Below are positions 1-8,836 of a stretch of 64,000 nucleotides of DNA, in pieces; position 1 is the first letter of the stretch, and every line of letters begins with the position of its first letter. Under the pieces are notes generated by a model. That model did no database searches and was not told the DNA's origin. It saw nothing but the letters and a program-made list of their open reading frames with translations. This DNA is from Acidobacteriota bacterium (GTDB taxonomy: Bacteria > Acidobacteriota > Vicinamibacteria > Vicinamibacterales > UBA2999), in contig CAUJDN010000054.1 of the NCBI GenBank assembly GCA_963169195.1, positions 28,386-92,385 on the forward strand. The letters run 5' to 3'. Made by a program: the position numbers and the translations under genes.

Positions 1-100
1 CGTCGAGCGTGTGCGCGACCACGACGATGGCAGAGATGCCTCCGGCGAGCAGGCCGAGGACGAGGCGTGGAATCCACTGCGTGAGCCGCCCGTGAGACAC
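1..100 (-). CDS. partial CDS (N-terminus only, continues past the left edge); small hydrophobic/membrane protein start
   Basis: GTG at 100 (rc of cac 98-100), 38 nt downstream of the stop of the preceding minus-strand gene. Reads VSHGRLTQWIPRLVLGLLAGGISAIVVVAHTLD, with mostly G/C third positions and one hydrophobic helix. Too short for a family call. Confidence 0.3.
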   Translation of the reverse strand, partial: MSHGRLTQWIPRLVLGLLAGGISAIVVVAHTLD

Positions 101-137
101 GCGCCGGATTGTATCGTGTGTGCACCGCGCGCCCCGC

Positions 138-1229
138 TCACGGGTCGTGCACGAGGCGCGCCACCATCTCGCCGATCGCGAGCGAGGAGGTGAGCCCGGG
201 CGAGTCGATGCCCGCCACCTGAATGACATGCGGATTCACGGTGTCCCGGCGGATCAGGAAGTCCGCGAACGGCTCGTCCGGCGGGCACAGCTTCGCGCGG
301 ATGCCGGAGCTGCCGGGCTGCAGATCGTCGAGCGTGATCTCGGGCAGGAGCGCGCGTGTCTCCTCGACGAACGCCTCCAGCGGAAGGCGGTCATCCTCGT
401 AGTCGTCCTTGGCCGCCTGGTAGCGAATCGTCGGCCCCAGCAGCACCGTGCCCCACGTGGTCTTCGTCAGGTGCACACCCAGGCTGTGACCCGGCGTGTG
501 CGGCACCGGGTAGATCATGCCGCGCACCAGGTGGCGGCTGCCTGGCGCCAGCTCCGCGTACTCCCCGCGCGCGGGATGGATGGTGAACGTCTCCCCACCC
601 AGCATCCGGCTCACGTCGTCGGCATAGAGGCCCGCGGCGTTCACGACCGTCGCGGCGTGAATGGTCTCGTGCGGGGTCATCAGTTCGATGCCGCCTCCAG
701 CCCTCCGCGCGCCGATCAGGGACGAGGCGCGCAGGATGGCCGCGCCCGCGGCCTCGGCGAGCCGGCCCAGGACGCGCACGTACGCCTCGGGCTCGATGCG
801 TCCGGTGGTGGGCGACCACAGGGCCGCAACGCCGGCCACGTGCGGCTCCCTGGCCGTGAGGACCGCGTGGTCCACCATCTCGACGGGGACGCCATTGGCG
901 GCCGCGCGCGCGGCCAGCGACTCGAGCGCAGGGACCTCGGCCGCGGACGCGGCCACGATCAGCTTGCCGCAACGGTCGTGGGGAATGCCGTGACGCGCGG
1001 CGAAGTCGATGAGTCGCTCGCGTCCCTCCACGCAGAGCGCCGCCTTCAGCGATCCGGCGGGATAGTAGATGCCAGCGTGAATGACGCCGCTGTTCCGCGT
1101 GCTGGTCTCGTGGCCCAGCCGCGGGTGCTGCTCGAGCAGGCACACCGGCGTCCCACGCCGGGCCATCGCCAGCGCGCTGGCCAGTCCCGCGACGCCGCCA
1201 CCGATGACGGCCACCTCGATCTCGGTCAT
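138..1229 (-). CDS. FAD-dependent oxidoreductase (DAO/LhgO-like)
   Basis: 363-aa ORF. N-terminal dinucleotide-binding fold VAVIGGGVAGLASALAMARRG..LLEQ and an STRNSGVIHAGIYY segment typical of L-2-hydroxyglutarate-oxidase-type flavoproteins. Substrate not assignable. Confidence 0.85.
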   Translation of the reverse strand: MTEIEVAVIGGGVAGLASALAMARRGTPVCLLEQHPRLGHETSTRNSGVIHAGIYYPAGSLKAALCVEGRERLIDFAARHGIPHDRCGKLIVAASAAEVPALESLAARAAANGVPVEMVDHAVLTAREPHVAGVAALWSPTTGRIEPEAYVRVLGRLAEAAGAAILRASSLIGARRAGGGIELMTPHETIHAATVVNAAGLYADDVSRMLGGETFTIHPARGEYAELAPGSRHLVRGMIYPVPHTPGHSLGVHLTKTTWGTVLLGPTIRYQAAKDDYEDDRLPLEAFVEETRALLPEITLDDLQPGSSGIRAKLCPPDEPFADFLIRRDTVNPHVIQVAGIDSPGLTSSLAIGEMVARLVHDP

Positions 1230-1355
1230 CGGCCGCTATTCTGACCGGTGGGAGGCCGCCTGGACAAACCCGCCGCGGGCGGCGCCAGGCCGGGGAACCC
1301 GGCGGGCCGAGGCTAAATTGCGCCGAAGAGGCCGTCCGAGTACCATGGGAGTTTC

Positions 1356-2477
1356 GTGACGGTTCCTCTCCTCGACCTGCAGGCGCAGTACCAGCCCCTC
1401 CGCCAGCCACTGCTCGACGCGCTCACCCGCGTGGCGGACAGCCAGCGCTTCATCGGCGGCCCCGACGTCGAGGCGTTCGAGCGCGAGGTGGCGGCGGTGG
1501 TGGACGTCCGGCACGCCATCGGCGTCTCGTCGGGCACCGACGCCCTGCTGGCCGCGTTGATGGCCCTCGACATCGGGCCGGGTGACGAAGTCGTGACGAG
1601 CACGTTCTCGTTCTTCGCCACGGCCGGCTGCATCGCACGTGTGGGCGCGAAGCCCGTGCTCGTGGACATCGACCCCGAGTCGTTCAACATCGACGTGGTC
1701 GCGGCGGCCCGCGCCTGCACCGCACAGACGAAGGCGCTCCTGCCCGTGCACCTCTTCGGCCAGTCGGCGGACATGAGCGCGGTCATGGCGCTCGCCGACG
1801 AGTGCCACCTGAACGTCATCGAGGACGCCGCGCAGGCCATCGGCGCCACCGACCACGGCGGGCACGCGGGCGCCATCGGCCACCTGGGGTGCTTCTCGTT
1901 CTTTCCCAGCAAGAACCTCGGCGGGTTCGGCGACGGCGGCCTCGTCACCACCAACGACGACCGTCTGGCCCACCAGGTGCGCCTCCTGCGCAATCACGGC
2001 ATGGAGCCGAAGTACTTCCACAAGGTGGTCGGCGGCAACTTCCGGCTCGACGCCATCCAGGCGGCGGTGCTGAGGGTGAAGCTGCCGCACCTGGCGCGCT
2101 GGACGGAGGGGCGCCGCGCCAATGCGTCGCGTTACCGGCAGCTGTTCCACGACGCCGGGCTCGCCGGCACCGTGTGCCTGCCGTCCGAACGCCCGGATCG
2201 ACATCACATCTACAACCAGTGCGTGGTTCGCGTCCCGGATCGGGACGGGTTGAAGCGGCATCTCGATGCCGCCGGTGTCGGCACGGAGATCTATTACCCG
2301 GTGCCCTTCCACCTGCAGGAGTGCTTCGCCGGTCTCGGCTACAAGCCCGGCGACTTCCCTCACGCCGAGAAGGCGGCGGCGGAGGTGCTCGCGTTGCCGA
2401 TCTACCCGGAACTCACCCTCGAGCAGCAACAGTACGTGGTCGATCAGATCGCCGCCTACTACGGCTCGCGTACCTGA
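1356..2477 (+). CDS. DegT/DnrJ/EryC1/StrS-family PLP-dependent sugar aminotransferase
   Basis: 373 aa with a GTG start preceded by GGGAG. Family hallmarks present: LLDLQAQY, GVSSGTDAL and FFPSKNLGGFGDGG. Confidence 0.9.
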   Translation: MTVPLLDLQAQYQPLRQPLLDALTRVADSQRFIGGPDVEAFEREVAAVVDVRHAIGVSSGTDALLAALMALDIGPGDEVVTSTFSFFATAGCIARVGAKPVLVDIDPESFNIDVVAAARACTAQTKALLPVHLFGQSADMSAVMALADECHLNVIEDAAQAIGATDHGGHAGAIGHLGCFSFFPSKNLGGFGDGGLVTTNDDRLAHQVRLLRNHGMEPKYFHKVVGGNFRLDAIQAAVLRVKLPHLARWTEGRRANASRYRQLFHDAGLAGTVCLPSERPDRHHIYNQCVVRVPDRDGLKRHLDAAGVGTEIYYPVPFHLQECFAGLGYKPGDFPHAEKAAAEVLALPIYPELTLEQQQYVVDQIAAYYGSRT

Positions 2478-2503
2478 GAGCCGATAACCGGTCCACAGTC
2501 CCG

Positions 2504-2561
2504 GACCTCTCGAGACCTCGAGACCCAGGACCCAGGACCCAGGCCCCAGAACCCAGGACCC
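2504..2561. repeat. short tandem repeat, C-tracts on + strand (GACCTCGA x2, then CCCAGGA-type heptamers x5)
   Basis: Read directly: gacctctcgagacctcgagacccaggacccaggacccaggccccagaacccaggaccc. It ends 1 nt before the ATG at 2563. Confidence 0.9.
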
Positions 2562-2562
2562 T

Positions 2563-3858
2563 ATGGATCTCCAGAAGCGCCTCGAATCGAAACACGCGGT
2601 GGCCGGTATCATCGGCCTGGGCTACGTGGGCCTGCCGCTGGCAGTCGAACTCGCCCGCAACGGCGTGAAGACCATCGGCTTCGACGTGGATGTTCGCAAG
2701 GTCAGCGAGCTCGCCTCCGGTCGAAGTTACATCCCGGACGTGCCGTCCGAGCACGTGGCGGAGGCGGTGAACACCGGGATGCTCATCCCGACCACCGACC
2801 CCGCGTCGCTGGCCGAGGCCGATGTCATCGACATCTGCGTCCCGACGCCGCTGCGCAAGACCAAGGATCCGGACCTCTCGTACGTCGTCAAGGCGGTGGA
2901 AACCACGGCGGCGGTCTTGAAGAAGGGCCAACTCGTCATCCTCGAGTCCACCACCTACCCGGGCACGACCGATGAGGTGGTGAAGCCGGCGCTCGAGGCC
3001 AAGGGCCTCGCGGCGGGCCGGGACTTCTATCTGGCGTTCTCGCCCGAGCGCGTGGACCCGGGGAACCCCACCTACCACACGAAGAACATCCCGAAGGTCG
3101 TGGGCGGCATCGACGAGACGAGCACCGAGATCGCCAGCGCGTTCTACCGGCAGGTCGTGGATACCGTCGTGCCGGTCAGCTCCACGCGCGCCGCCGAGAT
3201 GGTGAAGCTGCTGGAGAACACGTTCCGTGCCGTGAACATCGGCATGGCCAACGAGCTGGCGCTGATGTGCCACCGGATGGGCATCGACGTGTGGGAGGTG
3301 ATCGACGCGGCGAAGTCCAAGCCGTTCGGCTTCATGCCCTTCTATCCGGGCCCGGGCCTCGGCGGCCACTGCATCCCGATCGACCCCTTCTACCTGTCGT
3401 GGAAGGCGAAGCAGTTCAACTTCGAGGCCCGTTTCATCGAGCTGGCCGGTCAGGTGAACGGCTCGATGCCGGAGCACGTGGTGACCCGCGTGGCCGAGGC
3501 CCTCAACGCGCACCGCAAGCCGCTCAACGGATCGAGGATCCACGTCCTGGGCGTGGCCTACAAGCGCGACATCGACGACGTGCGCGAGTCGCCCGCGCTG
3601 GACGTGATCGAGCTGCTGACGCGCCGCGGCGCGTCGGTCACCTACTCGGACCCCTACGTCCCGGCGATCGATCACGGCCCGCACCAGATGACGGCGATCT
3701 CCCTCGACGCCGCCATCACGGCCGGCGCCGACTGCGCCGTCATCGTCACCGACCACAGGGCGTTCGACTACCCGCGCATCGTGTCGTCGTTCCCGCTGAT
3801 CGTGGACACGCGCAACGCGCTGAAGGGCATCAGGAGCGAGAAGGTCTTCGGGCTGTAA
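2563..3858 (+). CDS. nucleotide-sugar dehydrogenase (UDP-glucose/GDP-mannose dehydrogenase family, UDP-N-acetyl-hexosamine dehydrogenase type)
   Basis: 431 aa. N-terminal Rossmann motif IIGLGYVGLP and a GLGGHCIPIDP catalytic-Cys motif. Exact sugar not assignable. Confidence 0.9.
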   Translation: MDLQKRLESKHAVAGIIGLGYVGLPLAVELARNGVKTIGFDVDVRKVSELASGRSYIPDVPSEHVAEAVNTGMLIPTTDPASLAEADVIDICVPTPLRKTKDPDLSYVVKAVETTAAVLKKGQLVILESTTYPGTTDEVVKPALEAKGLAAGRDFYLAFSPERVDPGNPTYHTKNIPKVVGGIDETSTEIASAFYRQVVDTVVPVSSTRAAEMVKLLENTFRAVNIGMANELALMCHRMGIDVWEVIDAAKSKPFGFMPFYPGPGLGGHCIPIDPFYLSWKAKQFNFEARFIELAGQVNGSMPEHVVTRVAEALNAHRKPLNGSRIHVLGVAYKRDIDDVRESPALDVIELLTRRGASVTYSDPYVPAIDHGPHQMTAISLDAAITAGADCAVIVTDHRAFDYPRIVSSFPLIVDTRNALKGIRSEKVFGL

Positions 3859-4632
3859 GTGCACGCGCTTCCCACCAAGCTCCCGACTCGCGCCCTGTTC
3901 TGGGACATCGACGGCACCCTGCTCGTCACCGGCCGAGCCGGCATGATGGCGTGGGAGCGCGCGTTCGCCGCGTTCACGGGAGGCCGCGCATTTCCCACGG
4001 TGCGCCCTGACGGGCTGACGGACCATCAGATTGCCGCGTGGCTGCTCGGCAACCCCTCGCCGTACGAGACGCCTGGCGAGGAGGAGCAGAGGGCGGTCGC
4101 CAGCCTCGTCGCGCGCTACGAAGTCGAACTGGCCGGGGCGCTGCCCCTGCGGCAGGGTCGCGTGCTGGACAACGTGCGGCCGGTGCTGGAATGGCTGAGG
4201 GAGGCGAGCCCGGGAATGCTCTCGTGGCTGGTCACGGGCAACACCCTGGCCGGGGGCACGGCCAAGCTGCGGCACTACGGCCTCAGCGAGTTCTTCCGGT
4301 CCGGGCCGCTCGCGGACACGGACCATGCGGAGGCTCTCCCGCTCGCCGGTTCCTTCTCGAGCCGCGTCGAGCCTCGTGCCAACATCGTGCGGCGTGCGTT
4401 GCAGATGGCACAGGCGCGACTGCCCGGCCTCCGCGCGAGCGAGGCCCTCGTGATTGGTGACACGCCCCACGACATCGAGGGCGCCCACGCGATCGGCGTG
4501 CCGGTGCTGGCCGTCGCCACGAACACACACACGCGCGAGGAACTCGCCGCCCATGGTCCATGGATGGTGGCCGAGGTCCTGCCGAATGCCGGAGCCTTTG
4601 CGCGCACCGTCCGGAGCGGCCACAAGGGTTGA
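3859..4632 (+). CDS. HAD-superfamily hydrolase (phosphatase-like)
   Basis: 257 aa with GTG directly after the upstream TAA. HAD motif I (WDIDGTLL) and a C-terminal GDTPHDIEGA motif. Confidence 0.8.
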   Translation: MHALPTKLPTRALFWDIDGTLLVTGRAGMMAWERAFAAFTGGRAFPTVRPDGLTDHQIAAWLLGNPSPYETPGEEEQRAVASLVARYEVELAGALPLRQGRVLDNVRPVLEWLREASPGMLSWLVTGNTLAGGTAKLRHYGLSEFFRSGPLADTDHAEALPLAGSFSSRVEPRANIVRRALQMAQARLPGLRASEALVIGDTPHDIEGAHAIGVPVLAVATNTHTREELAAHGPWMVAEVLPNAGAFARTVRSGHKG

Positions 4633-4652
4633 GCACGCGGCCGGCCCGGCCC

Positions 4653-6158
4653 TCAGGCCTCTGGCGATCGGGGCCCGGGAGCCGGTGAACCATCGAGACT
4701 CGAGCGACCGACCCAGGCCACCAGTGTCCCCACCGTGACCGCAATGCCGGCGTCCTGCACCGGATAGCCGACCATCAGTGCCAGTCCGAGGCCCGCGACC
4801 AGGGCTCGCACCACGAGATCCTCGTGGGTGGCGGCGGGCGCCAGCAGGCTCCGAATGGTGAGGGCGCTCAGCCAGAGGATGGGCAGCAGGCCGAGCGCTC
4901 CCTGCTCGACCAGGGTCTGGCGCCAGAGGTTCTGGGCGTTGTCTGGCGGAATCGCGCGGCCGGTGCGCCGCTGGTGGTATGTCGGAGAGAGGCCAAAGAA
5001 TCGCCCGACACCCACACCCGTCACGGGGTGCTCCTTGATGGCCTCGACCGCCGCGAGGCCGTACCCGTCCCGTCGCCAGAGGATCTCGTAGAGGGCGTCG
5101 CCTGGCGACGACCACCGGCTCGTGGCCCACAGGCGCCCCACGGGAGTGCCCGCCGCACCCTCCATGTTCAGGACGGCGCCGGCCGCGGCGGCGAGGGCGA
5201 TGGCCGCGACCATCGTCGCCGCCACGCGGCGCAGCGAATACCCGAGCGTCCGGCTCCACGCGATGGCCAGGCCGGCTGCGCCGGCCGCCAGCAGGATCAG
5301 CATTGTCCTTGCGCCGGACGCCCAGGCCGCGCCCCAGAGGGTCATCGCGAGCAGGCCGCCACCGACGGCCTCCCACGTGCCTCGAGGCTTTCTCGCCAGG
5401 ATCAGGGGCGCCCAGACCGCGGTCGCGACACCCATGGGGTTCGCATCGCCCATCAGGCCGACGGCACGATGCAGTTCGGTCCAGGGCGGGGCGCTCAGCC
5501 ACGTGACGTCGATGAAGCGCTGGTAGAGTCCCGCCGCCGCCGTGACGGCCGCGCTTGCCGCGAGCGCCCCGGACCATCGGCCCGCCGCGTGATCCACCGA
5601 CGCACGGGGCTGCGGGGCAAGAAGGCGGTCCATCCACAGGGCGACGGCAATCTGAAGCAGCGCCGTCGTGATGATGAGGCCCGCGTCGGGCGGCAGCGCG
5701 AGGTCGCGCATGCCGCGGACGGTGAAGACCGGCCAGGCGATGGCCACACCTGTGGCCCACCACGCCAGCGGCACCCTCCAGCCGCCGCCTGCCTCCCACC
5801 GGGTCCACGAGCTGCCGCCCAGGGAGAGCCCGGCGAAGGCGGCGAGCCAGTACGGCATGGGTGCGAGGGCAGGTCCGCCAATCACGTGCGTCAGCCCGTA
5901 CGCGACATACGCGAGGAGCAGCACGATTGCGGCCGTTGGCACCAATCGCCATCGCGCCGCGATGGCGGTGCCCACGAAGACGACCAGCAGGCTGGCGCAT
6001 ACACCAGGCCGCGCGGCGACCAGCCAGAGCCCCGCCGCCACGGCCAGCAGCGCCGACGTCTTGACGAGGACGCGGGTGAACGTGCCGAGTGGCGCGTTCA
6101 CGACGCCGTCCGCCGAGCCGGCATCATTCGTGCGTCGTCCGGTCCACGCCATCTGCAT
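4653..6158 (-). CDS. polytopic membrane protein, O-antigen ligase/polymerase (Wzy_C)-like
   Basis: 501 aa with many hydrophobic segments. The family call rests on resemblance and on the envelope-sugar gene context only. Confidence 0.55.
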   Translation of the reverse strand: MQMAWTGRRTNDAGSADGVVNAPLGTFTRVLVKTSALLAVAAGLWLVAARPGVCASLLVVFVGTAIAARWRLVPTAAIVLLLAYVAYGLTHVIGGPALAPMPYWLAAFAGLSLGGSSWTRWEAGGGWRVPLAWWATGVAIAWPVFTVRGMRDLALPPDAGLIITTALLQIAVALWMDRLLAPQPRASVDHAAGRWSGALAASAAVTAAAGLYQRFIDVTWLSAPPWTELHRAVGLMGDANPMGVATAVWAPLILARKPRGTWEAVGGGLLAMTLWGAAWASGARTMLILLAAGAAGLAIAWSRTLGYSLRRVAATMVAAIALAAAAGAVLNMEGAAGTPVGRLWATSRWSSPGDALYEILWRRDGYGLAAVEAIKEHPVTGVGVGRFFGLSPTYHQRRTGRAIPPDNAQNLWRQTLVEQGALGLLPILWLSALTIRSLLAPAATHEDLVVRALVAGLGLALMVGYPVQDAGIAVTVGTLVAWVGRSSLDGSPAPGPRSPEA

Positions 6159-6182
6159 GTCGGTGTGGCCCGTCGTGCCGGC

Positions 6183-7700
6183 TCAGCGCTTCCACGCGAC
6201 GACGGCGTAGTCGAGGGGCCCGTAGAGCTGCGCGTTCAGCTGATTGACGTTCCGGTCGAACGCGTTGGCCAGGTCGATCAGTCCGCGGCTCTCGGGATTG
6301 GCCGCCGGGTCCGCGTGACGAACGGTCGGGGGCGCCACGGCCAGCCTGGCTGTCTCGGGCAACGCTGCCCGCAGGCGCACCTCCGCGTCCACGAAGCCCG
6401 CTGCGGTGACCACGAACCTCAGCGTGTCGGGATGGATGGGCCGCACGTGCGTGAGGTCGCGGATGTAGCTGGAGAAGAACGCGCACCATGAGGCGACGTT
6501 GATCGTCTCGAGCACGATGGCCGAGCCCGGCCGCAGGACGCGGAACGCCTCGTCCAGCAGGGCCATCAGGTAGTCGGGCTCGAGGTGTTCGACGACCTGC
6601 GCCGCGATGAGGCCGCCGAGCTCCCCGTCCGCGAGGGTCCGCAGATGGCCGAGGCCGTCGGCTTCGCGCACGTCGAGGCCAGAGCCCCGGCAGGATTCCA
6701 CCATCTCGTGGTTCAGGTCGATGCCGCGGCCCGGGACGCCGCGCTCGGCCAGGAGCTCCAGGAATTCGCCGCGTCCGCAGCCGATATCGAGGACGTCGCG
6801 GCTGCCGGCGAACAGCGCGACGTACTCCTTCTGGCGTTCGCGGATCAGATCGCGGTCGCCGCGGAAGAGATCCTCGAAGGCGACGTACTTGTGGCTGGAC
6901 AGGCGGTCGGAGGAGAGGCTGGTCGAAGGTGCGGGAGGGCCTGCCTCGCCGAAGCTCGCGGTCGGTCGGCCGAGCGAAGGCGGGTGCGGACGGGTGCTGA
7001 CGGGTGCGGGCGGGCCTGCCGCCAGCTCGCGCTTCAGCGCCTGCACCGCCGTCTGCATGGTCGCCAGCGACGTGACGATGCCGTCGTGGCGCCTCTCTCC
7101 GCGTTCCCACCGTTTCAGCATGTCGTCGGACACGCCGCTCAGGGCCGCCGCCAGGCCCCGGACCGTGCGCGCGAGCTGGTCGTGCGCCTCCGCCACGTCC
7201 TCGGTGATGCGCGTCGCAAGGCCGTTGAACTCGTAGTCCTTGGAGTCCACATACGGCGTGATCTGCTGCAGGAACGCGATGAGGCGCACCTCGAATTGCG
7301 TCACGAGTTCCAGGTGCTGCCGGAGTGCGTCGATCGTCGTTCCCACCGCCTCGGGCACGGCGCGCTGCGGCACGACGTTGCGGTTGAGGTGATCGACGAC
7401 CGCGGCGTTGAATGTCTGCTGCTGCTCGATGGCGGGCATGACGAGCCCGAGCACAAAGCGCGCCAGGCGGCCACGCCAGCCGCCGGGCATGGGCGGCACG
7501 GCACGCGCGATCTCCCATCGCTGATTGATCGGCGTGACCTGCGTCTCGTCCGGCGAGGGCGGGCGCGCCGGCAGCTCCGGGCGAGTCGGGATGGCGGCGT
7601 CGAGCGCCGTGAGCGCATCGTTGTAGCGGCCATCCGCCTCGTGGCGTGCCTGCTTGAGACGGGCGAGGTCGGGCTCCGAGACGGTGCGAACGACCTTCAC
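6183..7700 (-). CDS. class I SAM-dependent methyltransferase with long N-terminal coiled-coil-like region
   Basis: C-terminal motif [12 protein letters not shown] plus downstream AAQVVEHL. I place the start at GTG 7700 (residue 184 of the 688-aa ORF), which overlaps the thiG stop by 4 nt (GTGA). The ORF part upstream of 7700 is antisense or overlapping to thiG and Arg/Gly-rich, so it is spurious. Confidence 0.8.
   Translation of the reverse strand: MKVVRTVSEPDLARLKQARHEADGRYNDALTALDAAIPTRPELPARPPSPDETQVTPINQRWEIARAVPPMPGGWRGRLARFVLGLVMPAIEQQQTFNAAVVDHLNRNVVPQRAVPEAVGTTIDALRQHLELVTQFEVRLIAFLQQITPYVDSKDYEFNGLATRITEDVAEAHDQLARTVRGLAAALSGVSDDMLKRWERGERRHDGIVTSLATMQTAVQALKRELAAGPPAPVSTRPHPPSLGRPTASFGEAGPPAPSTSLSSDRLSSHKYVAFEDLFRGDRDLIRERQKEYVALFAGSRDVLDIGCGRGEFLELLAERGVPGRGIDLNHEMVESCRGSGLDVREADGLGHLRTLADGELGGLIAAQVVEHLEPDYLMALLDEAFRVLRPGSAIVLETINVASWCAFFSSYIRDLTHVRPIHPDTLRFVVTAAGFVDAEVRLRAALPETARLAVAPPTVRHADPAANPESRGLIDLANAFDRNVNQLNAQLYGPLDYAVVAWKR
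6981..7020. repeat. decamer tandem repeat (CGGGTGCGGA-type x4) inside the methyltransferase CDS
   Basis: cgggtgcgga cgggtgctga cgggtgcggg cgggcctgcc. On the coding (minus) strand it encodes the Pro-rich linker ..[17 protein letters not shown]... Confidence 0.85.
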
Positions 7701-8470
7701 CGCCCGACGACCCCCTCGAGCGGGCTGCTCGCCGTGGCGTACATCTTCCGCGGGATGCGGCCGGCCAGATACGCCAGCCGCCCGGCCTCCACGGCCAGCT
7801 TCATCGCACGCGCCATGGCCACCGGATCCGTCGCGCCCGCGATGGCCGTGTTCATCAGTACCCCGTCGGCGCCCAGTTCCATCGCGACCGCGGCGTCCGA
7901 GGCGGTCCCCACGCCGGCATCCACGATGACCGGCACCTTCGACTGCTCGCGGATGATGCGGATGTTGTTCGGATTCTGGATGCCGAGGCCCGAGCCGATG
8001 GGGGCGCCGAGCGGCATCACCGCCGCGGCCCCCGCGTCCTCGAGCTTGCGGCACACGACTGGATCGTCGTTCGTGTAGGGCAGGACGACGAAGCCCTCCT
8101 TCACGAGCACGCGCGTCGCCTCGACCAGCGCCGCGGTGTCGGGGAAGAGCGTCCGCTCGTCGCCGATGACCTCGAGCTTCACCCAGTTCGACATACCGGC
8201 CTCGCGTCCCAGCCGCGCCGTCCGGATGGCCTCGTCCGCCGTGTAGCACGCCGCCGTGTTCGGCAGCAGGAAAATGGTCGACGTGTCGATGTAGTCGAGC
8301 AGCGACTCGGTCCGGCGCGTGATGTCCACGCGGCGCACCGCCACGGTGACCATGTCTGCGCCGGATGCCTCGTGGGCGGCGCGCATCACCTGGTGCGACG
8401 GGTACTTGCCGGTGCCGACGATGAGGCGGGAATGGAATGCGCGGCCGGCAATCACGAACGGGTCGGACAT
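7697..8470 (-). CDS. thiG: thiazole synthase ThiG
   Basis: 257 aa: [23 protein letters not shown]..., with a TIM-barrel ThiG pattern throughout, and located directly downstream of thiS. Confidence 0.95.
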   Translation of the reverse strand: MSDPFVIAGRAFHSRLIVGTGKYPSHQVMRAAHEASGADMVTVAVRRVDITRRTESLLDYIDTSTIFLLPNTAACYTADEAIRTARLGREAGMSNWVKLEVIGDERTLFPDTAALVEATRVLVKEGFVVLPYTNDDPVVCRKLEDAGAAAVMPLGAPIGSGLGIQNPNNIRIIREQSKVPVIVDAGVGTASDAAVAMELGADGVLMNTAIAGATDPVAMARAMKLAVEAGRLAYLAGRIPRKMYATASSPLEGVVGR

Positions 8471-8485
8471 GAGGCGATTGTATCC

Positions 8486-8522
8486 GGGTGCGGGCGGGTG
8501 CGGACAGGTGCGGACAGGTGCG
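8486..8522. repeat. decamer tandem repeat (GGTGCGGRCR family) in the thiS-thiG spacer
   Basis: gggtgcgggcgggtgcggacaggtgcggacaggtgcg, lying between the thiG start (8470) and the thiS stop (8526). Confidence 0.9.
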
Positions 8523-8525
8523 ATT

Positions 8526-8726
8526 TTATCCGCCGCCCACGAAATTCACGATCTCGATCACGTCGTCCGGCCGGACCGGCGTGTCCTCGTAGCGCGCGCG
8601 CTTGACGACCGTCTCGTTGAGCTCTACGGCCACGCGGCGGGCATCGATGTCGAGGTGGGCGAGCAGCGCCGCGAGGGTGAGCGGACCGGGCACCTCCCGT
8701 GGCTCGCCGTTGAGCGTGACGTGCAT
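8526..8726 (-). CDS. thiS: sulfur-carrier protein ThiS
   Basis: 66 aa from the internal ATG ([12 protein letters not shown]...[10 protein letters not shown]), ending in the C-terminal GG. The longer 98-aa ORF start is unlikely. Confidence 0.85.
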   Translation of the reverse strand: MHVTLNGEPREVPGPLTLAALLAHLDIDARRVAVELNETVVKRARYEDTPVRPDDVIEIVNFVGGG

Positions 8727-8836
8727 GATTCCCGTAGCGTACCAGAACGGCCCAGAATCAAACCACATTGACCCACGGGGACTCATGGTCGGGACGAATT
8801 TGAACACTCGTTCAGGACACATATAATCGACGAAGT

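Noticed and set aside
7701-8249. The upstream 183 codons of the 688-aa ORF as part of the methyltransferase.
   Set aside because: This stretch overlaps thiG on the same strand in another frame and translates to Arg/Gly/His low complexity. The GTGA-coupled start at 7700 gives a sensible N-terminus.
8727-8836. Possible TPP (THI-box) riboswitch in the thiS leader (minus strand).
   Set aside because: Only the 3' tail (..TTGATTCTGG..ACGCTACGGGAA-ATG) loosely resembles the consensus. I could not find the GGGG..CUGAGA..ACCC core or a complementary P4/P5 stem (CUGG...CCAG). This needs cmscan with RF00059 and is not claimed as a feature.
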